From Octopus bimaculoides (taxonomy: Eukaryota): DNA of 63,811 bases. Numbering within the stretch: position 1 is the stretch's first letter; each line of letters starts with the position of its first letter. The position numbers and the translations under genes were made by a program. Shown here piece by piece: positions 1 through 12,366 of this stretch. The notes below the pieces were generated by a model that did not search any database, had not been told where the DNA came from, and saw nothing but the letters and a program-made list of their open reading frames with translations. The stretch covers positions 145,022,957 through 145,086,767 of the forward strand of contig NC_068981.1 in the NCBI RefSeq assembly GCF_001194135.2, in the 5' to 3' direction.

Positions 1-944
1 ATATATATATATAATACAAAATGGGACAAGAACGCAAAACATCCAAGCAGTCAGGTGATACAGAGGGGACAAGAAAACATGCAGATAGACGATACAAAGA
101 AAACAAGGACGGGTCATTCGGAGTTTTCTTTCCTTAGTCGAGTTCCAGATTATCTTTTCAATTTCGGCTGGTTATACTCGAGATTGCTCCAATCTGGCCA
201 GCCCCAAGGAAAAACTAAGCTAAGAGCATTAGATACCTTGGAAGAAAACAACGAATGTATACGAAAACAAGTGACTGAAAAAAACGGATAATGTTACACA
301 AATACAAATAACAGGACATAACAACAGGTGTCTTTCGACTAAGGACGAATTAAATTAAGCTGGGATGTGTGGAAGTAAAGCCTTACGGCAGATATATATA
401 TATATATATCTATATATATATATACACGCACGCACACTAACACACATATACATACACACACATAATAATGCCACACAACAGACTTCCCAAATAAACACAT
501 TTTAGTACCGAATGCGAGGAAACCAACCCTCAACAGAAACCAACATTTTTTTTAAAAAGACTCAATTATGTATCGACTGATTTCACGATTACCAGAATGA
601 AATCTAGTTTCCGTTCGTTAGCATAGTATAGTACCAAATAAATATAAATAAACAAAATCCTCACCTTACCAAAACGAACACCTTATGTATCCGACAAAGC
701 AAAGGGAATGATGTTTATCTATATACATCTATATATATATCGTTTTTAGAAAGCATAAACCAGCTTATATATATATACTTATAAATTATTATATGAGTGG
801 CTGGCGTATAAATAATGACTATATCGGTAAAATTAATTTTTATGTATATAATTATAAAAATATAATTATATTATAGAGAACAAATTTAGAGTGGATTGTT
901 GGCATTTGACATCTACTTCCAGCGCCATTAACCATAATTATTTA

Positions 945-985
<41 letters not shown>

Positions 986-1944
986 ATATAATATAAATAA
1001 TATATAAATATATGCACATACACATACATATATGTACATACCTACACATATATATATATGTATATATACATGCATATATGGGTACAGGACATAAAAAAAG
1101 CGTTAAGCACAATGAGAAACGAAAACATAAAAATGAAAACATAGAAAACGAACTTTTTTTCGAACAACAAAAAAAAACAAACAGAGAAATGAGGCGTGCA
1201 ACATAAACAATATACCCCTTCTTCAGTTGTCCCTGTTTCATCTACTCCGCGTTTTGAAGGTAAGGACAAAAAGCGATTTCGTTGAAACCGTCCTTCCCGC
1301 AAAGCAAATTAAATAAAATTTGTGGGGGAGTGGAGGGTGAAAGTGTTAACAAGAACAGGACAGTGAGAACAAGACAGTAAAAACGATATTATTATATGAT
1401 CGAACGCCACGCAAGTTTTGTCTATATACATATATATATATATATATAATTATATATACTTATATATATATGTACGTGTGTGAAACGATGTGTACTTATA
1501 TACACTTATACATGCATACATACATATCATGTGTGTATATATACACATACATATATCTGTACACTCTCACATATTTGCAGCAATTGATACCATTACATTT
1601 ATAGATATTATTCGCAAAAGTATCTTGGATATTTTATATATTTTGACAGTGTCTTTGATAGCGTGTACCTGTAATCTTTTAATTAGGCGTGTTCTTTCCT
1701 GTCTCTGCGAAATCTACCGCCCAAAGATTAGTACTGTGGCAGCTAGACACGCAACGAAGTGCTTCAATATCTTTTAGTAGATAAATTTAACCAAAGCCCA
1801 GATGGTATAACTTCAGAGTTTGGCATAGATGTTGAAAAATTAAACTAAATTCCAAAAATTAAACAATTACAACCACAAGAGGTCACTTTTAGATCACTTG
1901 ACTATTTAAGAGGATTCCACCAACATTCTATACTTTCTCTTTTT

Positions 1945-2048
1945 TCCTACTCCCTCTTCTTCTTCTTCTTCTTCTTCTTCTTCTTCTTCTTCTTCTTCTT
2001 CTTCTTCTTCTTCTTCTTCTTCTTCTTCTTCTTCTTCTTCTTCTTCTT
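1945..2048. repeat. (CTT)n microsatellite running into an assembly gap
   Basis: Direct: perfect ctt tandem up to the N-run at 2049. Confidence 0.97.
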
Positions 2049-2559
2049 NNNNNNNNNNNNNNNNNNNNNNNNNNNNNNNNNNNNNNNNNNNNNNNNNNNN
2101 NNNNNNNNNNNNNNNNNNNNNNNNNNNNNNNNNNNNNNNNNNNNNNNNNNNNNNNNNNNNNNNNNNNNNNNNNNNNNNNNNNNNNNNNNNNNNNNNNNNN
2201 NNNNNNNNNNNNNNNNNNNNNNNNNNNNNNNNNNNNNNNNNNNNNNNNNNNNNNNNNNNNNNNNNNNNNNNNNNNNNNNNNNNNNNNNNNNNNNNNNNNN
2301 NNNNNNNNNNNNNNNNNNNNNNNNNNNNNNNNNNNNNNNNNNNNNNNNNNNNNNNNNNNNNNNNNNNNNNNNNNNNNNNNNNNNNNNNNNNNNNNNNNNN
2401 NNNNNNNNNNNNNNNNNNNNNNNNNNNNNNNNNNNNNNNNNNNNNNNNNNNNNNNNNNNNNNNNNNNNNNNNNNNNNNNNNNNNNNNNNNNNNNNNNNNN
2501 NNNNNNNNNNNNNNNNNNNNNNNNNNNNNNNNNNNNNNNNGCAGCATCTTTACGTTCTG

Positions 2560-2650
2560 AGATCAAATTCTACCGAAAGCGACTTTGTCTTTCAGCCTTT
2601 CAGGGTCGATAAAACATGTACCAGTTGAGCACTGTGGTCGATATAATCAG
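2560..2650 (+). mobile_element. SINE family A fragment (central domain)
   Basis: tcaaattctaccgaaagcgactttgtctttcagcctttcagggtcgataaaa matches the central part of the copies at 22.6, 42.3, 47.7 and 59.0 kb. Confidence 0.7.
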
Positions 2651-2699
2651 CTAGCTACTTACTCCAAAATTTCAGGCTTTGTATCTACACCAGGAAAGA

Positions 2700-2718
2700 T
2701 TATTATTATTATTATTAT

Positions 2719-2788
<70 letters not shown>

Positions 2789-2875
2789 NNNNNNNNNNNN
2801 NNNNNNNNNNNNNNNNNNNNNNNNNNNNNNNNNNNNNNNNNNNNNNNNNNNNNNNNNNNNNNNNNNNNNNNNNNN

Positions 2876-2922
<47 letters not shown>

Positions 2923-2923
2923 T

Positions 2924-2982
<59 letters not shown>

Positions 2983-2990
2983 TGTAGTTG
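2700..2990. repeat. (ATT)n/(AGT)n compound microsatellite with gap
   Basis: Direct; GTT interruptions at about 2922 and 2982 are 60 bp apart. Confidence 0.95.
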
Positions 2991-3584
2991 GCTCTTATGA
3001 AACTGACATGAAATATGGGAAAAACATTTCTGTATGTAGATGCGATTATAGCCAATTCTTGGCTGTTGGTTCAACACTTAAATTGGATGGAAGTCATGCA
3101 GGCCACAAATTTTAACTTTTCATCGAATACTCCGGAAATAATTGCAACTCAGCCTATATTAAGAAGTTCTTGACAAAGAGGTTTTTGACAAAGGTCATCT
3201 TTTGAAGAAGAGGTCCTTAACAAAGGTCATCTTTCAACAAGAACTCAACAACACTTTTGACCACTCCTACAAATATTCCATGCCTTTATTCCTGATAGAA
3301 TCATCTCTTCTCACTACCATTTTCAACTATTTTTTTATCTTCTTACCTTCCAACTTCCATTCTTTTTTCTTTTTTCCTTTTTCTTCTTTTCTTCTTCTCT
3401 TCTTTCTTCTTTTTCACACATGCTGTTGTATTTACTTTGTGTATCCTTTTATTATGTTTATATTATTTTTATATTAGTTTTTATGATCTTTTTTCTGTCT
3501 TTTATTTTCTATTTTTATTTATTATTTGTATACGTGTAAGAAAAAAAATTTGCTATATATATAACCTTCTAAACCATATATATG

Positions 3585-3617
<33 letters not shown>

Positions 3618-3723
3618 GTATATGTATTTGTGTATTCATTTTCATTTATTGAGTTCGACATATATTTGCTCTACCAAACCTACATGTGTATATGTATACA
3701 CACATACATACGTTCACACACGC

Positions 3724-3764
<41 letters not shown>

Positions 3765-3807
3765 NNNNNNNNNNATACATACATACATACATACATACAT
3801 ACATACA

Positions 3808-3839
<32 letters not shown>

Positions 3840-4120
3840 ACATTACCAAAGAATCTTTAATCATACAGCTAAAGGTTTTGCAATTCAAAAAATACTTGAT
3901 GCGTTTGAAGGCAAAATTTGGAATATATAATATAATACACCGTAGTTATAATATAATGTAATATAATATAATACACTATATATGATATAACATAATGTAA
4001 TATAACTTATAAAATATTACATAGAGTTATTTCTTCATGTACGTGGAGGATTTGTTGGTGGGTATATATGCATTACATAAAGATGTATACACAGGCAGTT
4101 ATACACACTCGCATGCGCAC

Positions 4121-4167
<47 letters not shown>

Positions 4168-4220
4168 CACATATATATAGCAAATGAAAGACGGAAGATT
4201 GAGCATGCGCGATTATATAT

Positions 4221-4267
<47 letters not shown>

Positions 4268-4437
4268 CCTATACATATATACCTATATATATATATATAT
4301 ATANNNNNNNNNNNNNNNNNNNNNNNNNNNNNNNNNNNNNNNNNNNNNNNNNNNNNNNNNNNNNNNNNNNNNNNNNNNNNNNNNNNNNNNNNNNNNNNNN
4401 NNNNNNNNNNNNNNNNNNNNNNNNNNNNNNNNNNNNN

Positions 4438-4498
<61 letters not shown>

Positions 4499-5376
4499 TG
4501 TGGGTGTGTGTGTGTGTATGTATGTATTTACACATAGGATTTACACGTTCATTGAGTTTAAACTTAACAATGATATTTTAGGCTACTGATATCAACTTAC
4601 ATGTGATGATTATCGTTACGTCTTGTAACCCAAGACGTTACGTCCTTAAAACCCATTTTCATTTTTTATCTGCCTGATATAGAATCATTCCCCAAAGTAT
4701 TATAAACATTATTATATAAACGCGTATATTCTAACGATGCGTTGATTTCAACCGAATATATTTGATGACCTTCAGGTTATCCGTGTAATATCCATTTTTA
4801 ATAACTTGCTTTTCACTTCGGTTTTGACATTTTCAGTTTTCCTTTTTACTGCACTTTCTTTGCGCGCGCGCGCGTGTTTGAGTTTGCGAAGCCCAAACGT
4901 TATTGCATTTGCAGATTCTGACTAACTTCCACACTGTAATGGTTCATTCGTTTTAATATGAAAATGTTTTGTCTTGGAATGGAACTGTGTACCCCAACGA
5001 ACTTTGTACCCCCATACACGCACACGCACACAGTTCTTTTTTCAATCAATTATTTATTTCAACAGGGTGTTATTCTCTACTTTAACCTCTTTCTTCACTG
5101 ACATCCAGTAACGAAATACAAAATCATGAATTTCCAACTGATAATCTGAAGCCTTAACTACATTATAGTTGGAATTCCTTAATAGAAATTTGGGGTATTG
5201 TCTCCTGTGATAATGATCAATTACAGCTCATTAAACATTACGTTACTCTATTGGATTTGAACTCAGAACGCACACTGGCAAAACAAATTTATACACACAC
5301 AGACACACACACACATACATTTCCCCATGCACTCAAACACAAGCAAACACACAATTATACATATATACTTACATAA

Positions 5377-5504
5377 ACAAGGGGTGTATGAAAAGTCTTG
5401 AGCCTCAAAAAGAACAAAACATGGTACAAGACTTTCGATGAAGGGTACAAGACTTCACGGCTCAAAGGCCTTGAAGGCTCAACACTTTTCATACATCACA
5501 CGTA
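5377..5504. mobile_element. Miniature mariner-type MITE
   Basis: Left aggggtgtatgaaaagtcttgagcct and right aggctcaacacttttcatacatcacacgta form ~28-bp imperfect TIRs. The right end reads TACG.. like a mariner TA-flanked terminus. Confidence 0.65.
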
Positions 5505-6460
5505 TATGTATTATACACACACACACACGCGCGCGTGCCGCCGCGCATGGTTTCTGTACAGTCTCCGTGAACCAAATTTCAGCCACAAGGAATTGGTGAA
5601 TCACAAGCAATTGTAGAAGGTACGCCTCCACAGCGCCACATATTGGCGTGAATGTTTAAATAAGTGACATCACACCCACATCTGTTCAAGATGTTATCGT
5701 ATATTTCAATGATCAGACACCAAAGTTGCAATTCAAAATGTCGATGTTCATAGCGCAATATGGTAAGAACTTGGCATTATTATAGTATTCCTTAACATCT
5801 GTCAGGATTCATTTCATACATTTCCTTCAAGTTTGCATTCTAAGAACGTCTGTCTTTATTAGGAAATTCCGATGTTGTTACAAGCTTTCTTGTTTTCATA
5901 TCACTGAAACATATTAGTTGAACACATGCTGATATATGAACACATCTCAATACATTGATTTACTCGCAGACATTGTATTCTCGGAGAGCTGTAGCTGTCA
6001 TATTTCTTTTAGCTTACCTAAGTACCATTGGATTATATTACTAAATAATTATTATTTCAAAACCAAGATTCCATTTGTCTGAATGTTTTCTGTTTAAATT
6101 ATATTTTTTCTCGTTTGTCTTTGTCAAATTCAATCCCTGTATCATAAAAAAATACCGTCAGAAGCTTTTAGCTATATTTATTATAATGAAATAAGTTTAA
6201 AAACAAATATTCGAATTCTGATGATGAAATAACAGTGCGATGAAAATAGTTAAAAGAAATAAATGAAAGTGAAAATGGAAAGAAATTCTGATTAAGATTT
6301 TCTATGAAATATTCTGAAAACAAATTTGTTTTTGTTTTTGTTTCTGGGGCTTTGGTGAGGAAGGGGGTTCTGTCAGCCATGATCTTATGAAATCGTATTA
6401 CGTATATTTTTAGACATCTGTAGTCTCTATAAATAACATCAAATGTACATTGCTACTTAC

Positions 6461-6481
6461 GTTATTAAATTTCGCCGCCAT
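6461..6481 (-). CDS. Candidate first coding exon MAAKFNN of an unidentified gene (phase-0 intron follows)
   Basis: Minus strand tttgaaat ATG GCG GCG AAA TTT AAT AAC | GTAAGTagc: YY1/Kozak-like ATGGCGGC, perfect donor at a codon boundary, locally CpG-rich. Downstream exons not identified. Confidence 0.45.
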
Positions 6482-7298
6482 ATTTCAAATTCTGTGCAAA
6501 ACTTCTAGTGTTTCGGAAATTGTACCAAAACCAGAATATACTTTCACGGCAGTAATGTTCCGTATTTCTTATAAATCGTTCAAAGAATAAAGAAGACTAT
6601 TATTTTTCTATTTGAGGACGAGTAACGATGATAGTTATTTCTCTTGATAGCTATCCGCTGTTCCCGGTTATCATATATGTTATCTGGGGGCTCCAAAGAA
6701 CACCTTGGACAAGTATTTTCCACTATAGTCTCTTCTTGACCAGTGGTCTATTAGTGGAGTTTGTCAATACACACACTCACTCGCACGCACACACATACAC
6801 ACACACATATACATATATACATATACACACATATACGTATACACATATATAGATACATACATACATATATACACATGCTTCTGCCCATATACATTTATTT
6901 CAGAAGTGTATATCTATAAACTCAAACACGCATATGTATATATTGAGTATATAAATAGATTGTATATAAAGTCATCTAAGCTTGGGCCCTAGAACCATAC
7001 GCCTTCTACAAAAGTCAATGTCTCAACTTCATTTTATGTCAGCTGGTCCTCATGTTGAACATTATCTCGAAAAAATATTAGAAACAGACTCCATAATATT
7101 AAAATAGATACTTTTAAAAAATATCTGACAAACCAACGACACCTGGATACATTTCAGTAAAGAAGAAATCCCTGCTTGAATAGCCTAAAACATGGCTTAA
7201 AAGACTGCCCCCATTTGGTGCGACTAACAAATATCCTGGATCAATAATGTGCAAAATCTAAAATAGCAAATTTATATAAATGTAATACATATATATAT

Positions 7299-7358
<60 letters not shown>

Positions 7359-9078
7359 CATACATACATACATACATACATACATACATACATACACACA
7401 TGCATACAGGCATACGTACGCACACACTCGTTTATGTATGTGTGTGTGCATATATATTTATACATTATCTGCTAGATAGATAGATAGAGAGATAGAGAGA
7501 TATTATCATATAATATATATAAAAATGTTCAGAGACGTTTAATCCGCACGAAATGTTCCAATATTTGTAAGAAATTTCGTATGTATAAAACATTCAGTTC
7601 TGTCGTGTCTCATACTGAAATTCGTGCAACCGTGAACAAAACTCTTTCATACCGCTTTACAGCAACTTGTGAAAGGTATCTTCTTTCATATGCTTCTAAT
7701 AATGAGAATGTACGAACACTTTAAACTTCATTACTCTTACTATAATTATGACTTCCATAGTTTTGTTCGAGTATATATGCACTACCAGGTGCTGCATTTT
7801 CTTTTGGGGATATAAAATTGTGTTTGTATGAAACATGCATTGTTTTGTTGCAGGAATTGGTTTGCTCGTGTCTAAGATTGCTTCAGCCGTTTGTTGTGTA
7901 CCCTGTGAATTTTGTGTAGAGTAGTGATAATAGAATACGTTCTGTATGGTTTGCATGAGCTGTGTTGTATTATTGGGTGGCAATTGTACAGAATATGTAT
8001 TCCGTGAGCTGTTATCGATAAATGGAATGTATTCTAAAATGTGGTGCTTGACTATGTTTTGTGTTATTTTGTTTCATGTGAATTATAAACGCTATGTGTT
8101 GCGTAGGTTTTCCATATTATTAGGAGATGACAGTAAAGATCATGTGCTGCGTGGGTTTTGCCATATTACTATGTGGTGATTGTCTAGGATCATATAATGT
8201 GTAGGTTGAGTTATATCGCTAAATGACAATTGTGTAGGACGTAGTGGTAATTTTATGTGAGTGCCGATTACGAAAGAGTATGTGTTTCTGCTATTTTATT
8301 GGCGGGTAATTGTAAACACTGTTTAGTATAGTTACGAATTCGGAAGATTTTATTTAAAATTAGAGAGTGTGAAAAACGAAACATTTATGAATATCATTAA
8401 ATATTTACATGTTTATATCTCCTTTTCTTGCTCACTTGTTTATGTTACTCTTTGTTTAAGCAACGATCTTAAAAGCTGAAATTTAATGCAGAGAGCATCT
8501 AAAAGATTCAGAACAACGATTCAATGAATATTTTCCGTTGTTCTTGTCTCAATTCCGATGTAAAAGTTTTGGTATTGAGGTTTTTGTTATAAACAATACC
8601 TTCCATATAAGGGGGATTTAAAGTATCAAAAGAAAGAAAACATACATAATTAAAACAGCTTCATTTACTTCTTTTAGTATATTAGCAGCTGATAAACTCA
8701 ATATATCAAGTATAATTCGTTTGCTAGACTGACTGTAAATATATTTGCATTTAGTTTTAACCATTTAGAAAGAAAAATATTAGAAAACGAAATCACGAAG
8801 AAATACAAAAATAGCAAAGAATTTATAGTCTACTTCTGCAAACAGCTGTCCATAAACCTTTATTGCTTTCAAATGTGGTAATATAATATTGATCTTTTCA
8901 AGTCTAAAGCAATGTAAATCTTCGATGAGGAAATAAGATGATTATTAAATACATGCCTGTTTTGGGGGGATTTTTGTTATTGTCTCATCACAAATCGAGC
9001 ATCTCTTGCGGACGTTTTTCCTGTTTCTGTTAGAAAGGCCTTAGGAATGCGAGATATATGAAGTATTAGAATGATAAC

Positions 9079-9670
9079 GGATCTTTTATAAAACGGGGGC
9101 CACATTTTTCATTAATGTTTTACGTAGTGTTTTTGGTACCGAAAGACTTTCAAACTTCGTATACTTATCTATTTTGTGTTATAGAACAGAAAAATATTTT
9201 TGTATTCGAATTTATTTCATGTAAAAAATTGTCTTATTTCGATAATTTCAACCAATCACTGACAAGTATTCAGTTGTTTACATTTACTCCTTTGGCTGAT
9301 TAAGCCATAGCTTCGTTTTATTTGCTTTTTTCATTTTAAATTTGCTTTTTTCATTTTCTTTTTTTTTTCTTCGTTTTATTTGCTTTTTTCTTTTTAAATT
9401 TGCTGTTTTACCCTAACCCTATCACCGATAGAATTGTTTCAGAATCGTTTGTTTATGTAGTCGGCACTTAATGTATATCGGCTGAATGGACGTCAGTGAT
9501 TGGTTGAAATTACAGAAATACGACAATTTTAACATGGAATAACTTAGGGATTTCTTTTTTTTTAAGAAGACTAAGAGAAAAAGATGTTTTATATGACACA
9601 TTCTACCAGTGTTCCAAGTTTCAAAGTGTTTCGTTAATGAAAAATGTGGCCCCCGTTTTAAAAAAGATCC
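9079..9670. mobile_element. Non-autonomous TIR DNA transposon (MITE), about 590 bp
   Basis: 37-bp TIRs GGATCTTTT(A/T)TAAAACGGGGGCCACATTTTTCATTAA at 9079-9115 and 9634-9670 (1 mismatch); flanks atgataac / cagataac may be a decayed 8-bp TSD. Confidence 0.85.
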
Positions 9671-12319
9671 CAGATAACTAATGTTTTGACAGTTGAAAGA
9701 ATTGCTACAGAGATGTAATTATACGAATTCGTCATGTGTTGTGAAAATGCAATGGCTTATTTCGAGTTTTAAAAGTGCTCAGTACCACTTTAATATTCCC
9801 ATGTGATCGACAACGTTCGATAGGAAGTAATCAAAAGGTAAAAAAAAAAATTTTTCCTTCAGAGAATATTTCATACCAACAAAACTGTGTTATCGATAGC
9901 TTTCCATGAAACATGTGAACGAAGCAAATGTTACAATATAATACAGATTCTCTTGGATTCAACTTAGTAACGATTCAAAACTGGGGATTTTCACATAGTT
10001 TTCTACTAGATTTTCTTGTAGATTTTGTGGTTCATAGTCTATCAACGGTTCTGTGAAGACGATAACAGAGATATCTAGCATTCAGTTATTGGTTGTGAGT
10101 AAACATTATTGTAGCGAGTATGTGTAGTATGGTATTAACTGATATATCGTTCCCATCCAAGCAAAGCTAATGGTGATAAACACACGTTCTATCCAGTTAA
10201 TAATTTATTTATGAACAAATTAACATTATCAAAACTAAGCTGGACATCTTTCCAATAGATTTGTTTTTCCTTTTTCCTTTTAACATTACCTTGCATCATC
10301 TTGTATTCTAGTTGTGGCTGTTTTTCCTTCAAATACTGCCACATGTAGTTTCATACCCTTATCAACGTAGAAAATCTACGATCATATTATATCCATCCTT
10401 CAGCTTCTATTCTTTTTTATGTTGGCGACTATATTATCCGATATCTTCATCCATAATTTTAGAGACTGAGAAACTTTAAGGTGCTATATATATTGGAAGC
10501 CGTGTGAAACGGGTTACGTAGAACTTCGCCCATTGGATAGAGTTTCATATTCTTTATTACGTGTTAGATTGCTCTGTCAATTAAATCTTTATTACAGTTT
10601 CTAAACAAAGCAATAAGGGAACTCGATTTTATATCCCGTATACATATTTTATAATGTGTGTTAACTAGAGGAAAACAAAATGGCGCTAACTGAAGTATAG
10701 GTGTGCCCATTTATAGTTCGGTTGTGTGTGTTTCCTACAAAACGAGATTGTCTCTCCCGATACAATTTCTGCGTGTATGTATCTATATATAATTAGAGAC
10801 ACTTTTGCTTTCAGCTTAGCTTGATGGATACTTAGAAATAAACTTCGATACGAATTTTCAAATATTTTCCACATACCTTAACCACTCATATCAATGGCTC
10901 CCGTGAAAATATCAAATATCATTTGTTGCTAACACTGCACGGGCTCTAATATTTTAGGTAAAGGGAATGGAAAGATATGAGTGCTTATATAGTCCTTAAC
11001 AGTGAATTTAACAACATTGATGAATTTATATCACCGAAAAACTACCATGTAAATTCGATTATCCAGTACCTCACTACTTCCATCTCATTTGGAAGTATAT
11101 TTATTACAAAGACGGTGAAAGCTGCATTTTGTGATAGTTACATATTCATTTATGCCAGAAATGGTTTTAGAATATACATTAGTTGTTCAGCTTGTAACAT
11201 CATTCTCTCAATATTTGGTGTTTTAAAGAGAAAGCAACAGGAAAAGCAATTCCTGATTTAAAGAAACTTGATGAGCGTTGTCTAAAAACGGAAAGTTTTA
11301 AGGAAAGTGAGCTGTAAAGTGGATTACTTTCCTAATTGTAGCTAGGGAAATTTTATTCCTGTCACTAAGGGTTTTAGAGAAGAAAAAAGACTTTTTATTG
11401 GATTTTCCAATTAAAATAAAATCTATTTGTAATTAAAGCGAAGATACATGTTCAATCACAAGTTTACATTCACGATAGATCGAATGACAGGAAGTGTGTG
11501 TGTGTGCGTTCCCGTTGTGCATACAATGACTCCGGATACAGCTTCGGGGGATTGTTCCCTACACTAATAGCAGAGTGTAAGAAACTGCTGTATAATGTGT
11601 GACTCTTGATGTAATGCGCATACAGCAAGGCATGTAACGGTGAAGAGATACTATTCCTTGTTCAACGTTGACCATATCGTTAAGTGACAACATATCTCTA
11701 AGTTCTGATATGTTCTGGGCTGTGTGAATTTTGTAGAGTACTGTTTCTGTAACAGCCTATATATATATATATATATATATATNNNNNNNNNNNNNNNNNN
11801 NNNNNNNNNNNNNNNNNNNNNNNNNNNNNNNNNNNNNNNNNNNNNNNNNNNNNNNNNNNNNNNNNNNNNNNNNNNNNNNNNNNNNNNNNNNNNNNNNNNN
11901 NNNNNNNNNNNNNNNNNNNNNNNNNNNNNNNNNNNNNNNNNNNNNNNNNNNNNNNNNNNNNNNNNNNNNNNNNNNNNNNNNNNNNNNNNNNNNNNNNCTC
12001 CAAGTCTCTGTACAATGCTTTCTTTCTTTTCTCAGAAATGTAATAGGTTCGCAGTCGCATCAATATCCAGGTGAAAATGGACGGATCAGCTACTATTTGT
12101 TCGATCAAAATTTCGCAATGTAAACAGTTTATACTCAATAGAAGGATGTGTTCATTTTATGGATATTAATGACAATATCCATGATCATTTCATAATTTTG
12201 AACCCTCTACCCATGCAATTCTTTTCTCTGTTCTGTTTTTGATCAAGTTAAAAATCATTGATACTCTATATTACCCCATGATTATTGATATATTACTTTT
12301 TTTTTTTTTTTTTTTTTAG

Positions 12320-12366
12320 GTAAGTACGAAATTTGATGCTTCAGTTATTTTCTTCATACTGGTCAG
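12320..12366 (+). other. Candidate 47-nt exon whose first bases form a 5' splice site (poly-T-AG|GTAAGT ... CAG|GTAAGC)
   Basis: Direct: poly-T tract (>20 T), AG at 12318-19, GTAAGT at 12320, second donor GTAAGC at 12367. Confidence 0.4.

Noticed and set aside
55-540. Repeat with GGCTGG..CCAGCC-GAAA (minus) resembling a hammerhead stem II
   Set aside because: No CUGANGA core and no workable stem III; at best an unrecognisable relic.
5050-5230. 57-codon minus frame RQYPKFLLRNSNYNVVKASDYQLEIHDFVFRYWMSVKKE as exon 2 of MAAKFNN
   Set aside because: Acceptors give phase 1 or 2, not the required phase 0, and donors are weak.
5660-5770. Plus donor ATG|GTAAGA with open frame SDITPTSVQDVIVYFNDQTPKLQFKMSMFIAQYG
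   Set aside because: No good acceptor, no recognisable protein, and it conflicts with the minus-strand gene candidate.
9838-9862. AAG|GT...ttccttcAG| mini-intron
   Set aside because: 25 nt is too short for a spliceosomal intron.
8010-9900. TATCGATA (DRE-like) motifs between the two putative promoters
   Set aside because: The 8-mer also occurs elsewhere in the window; count is compatible with chance.
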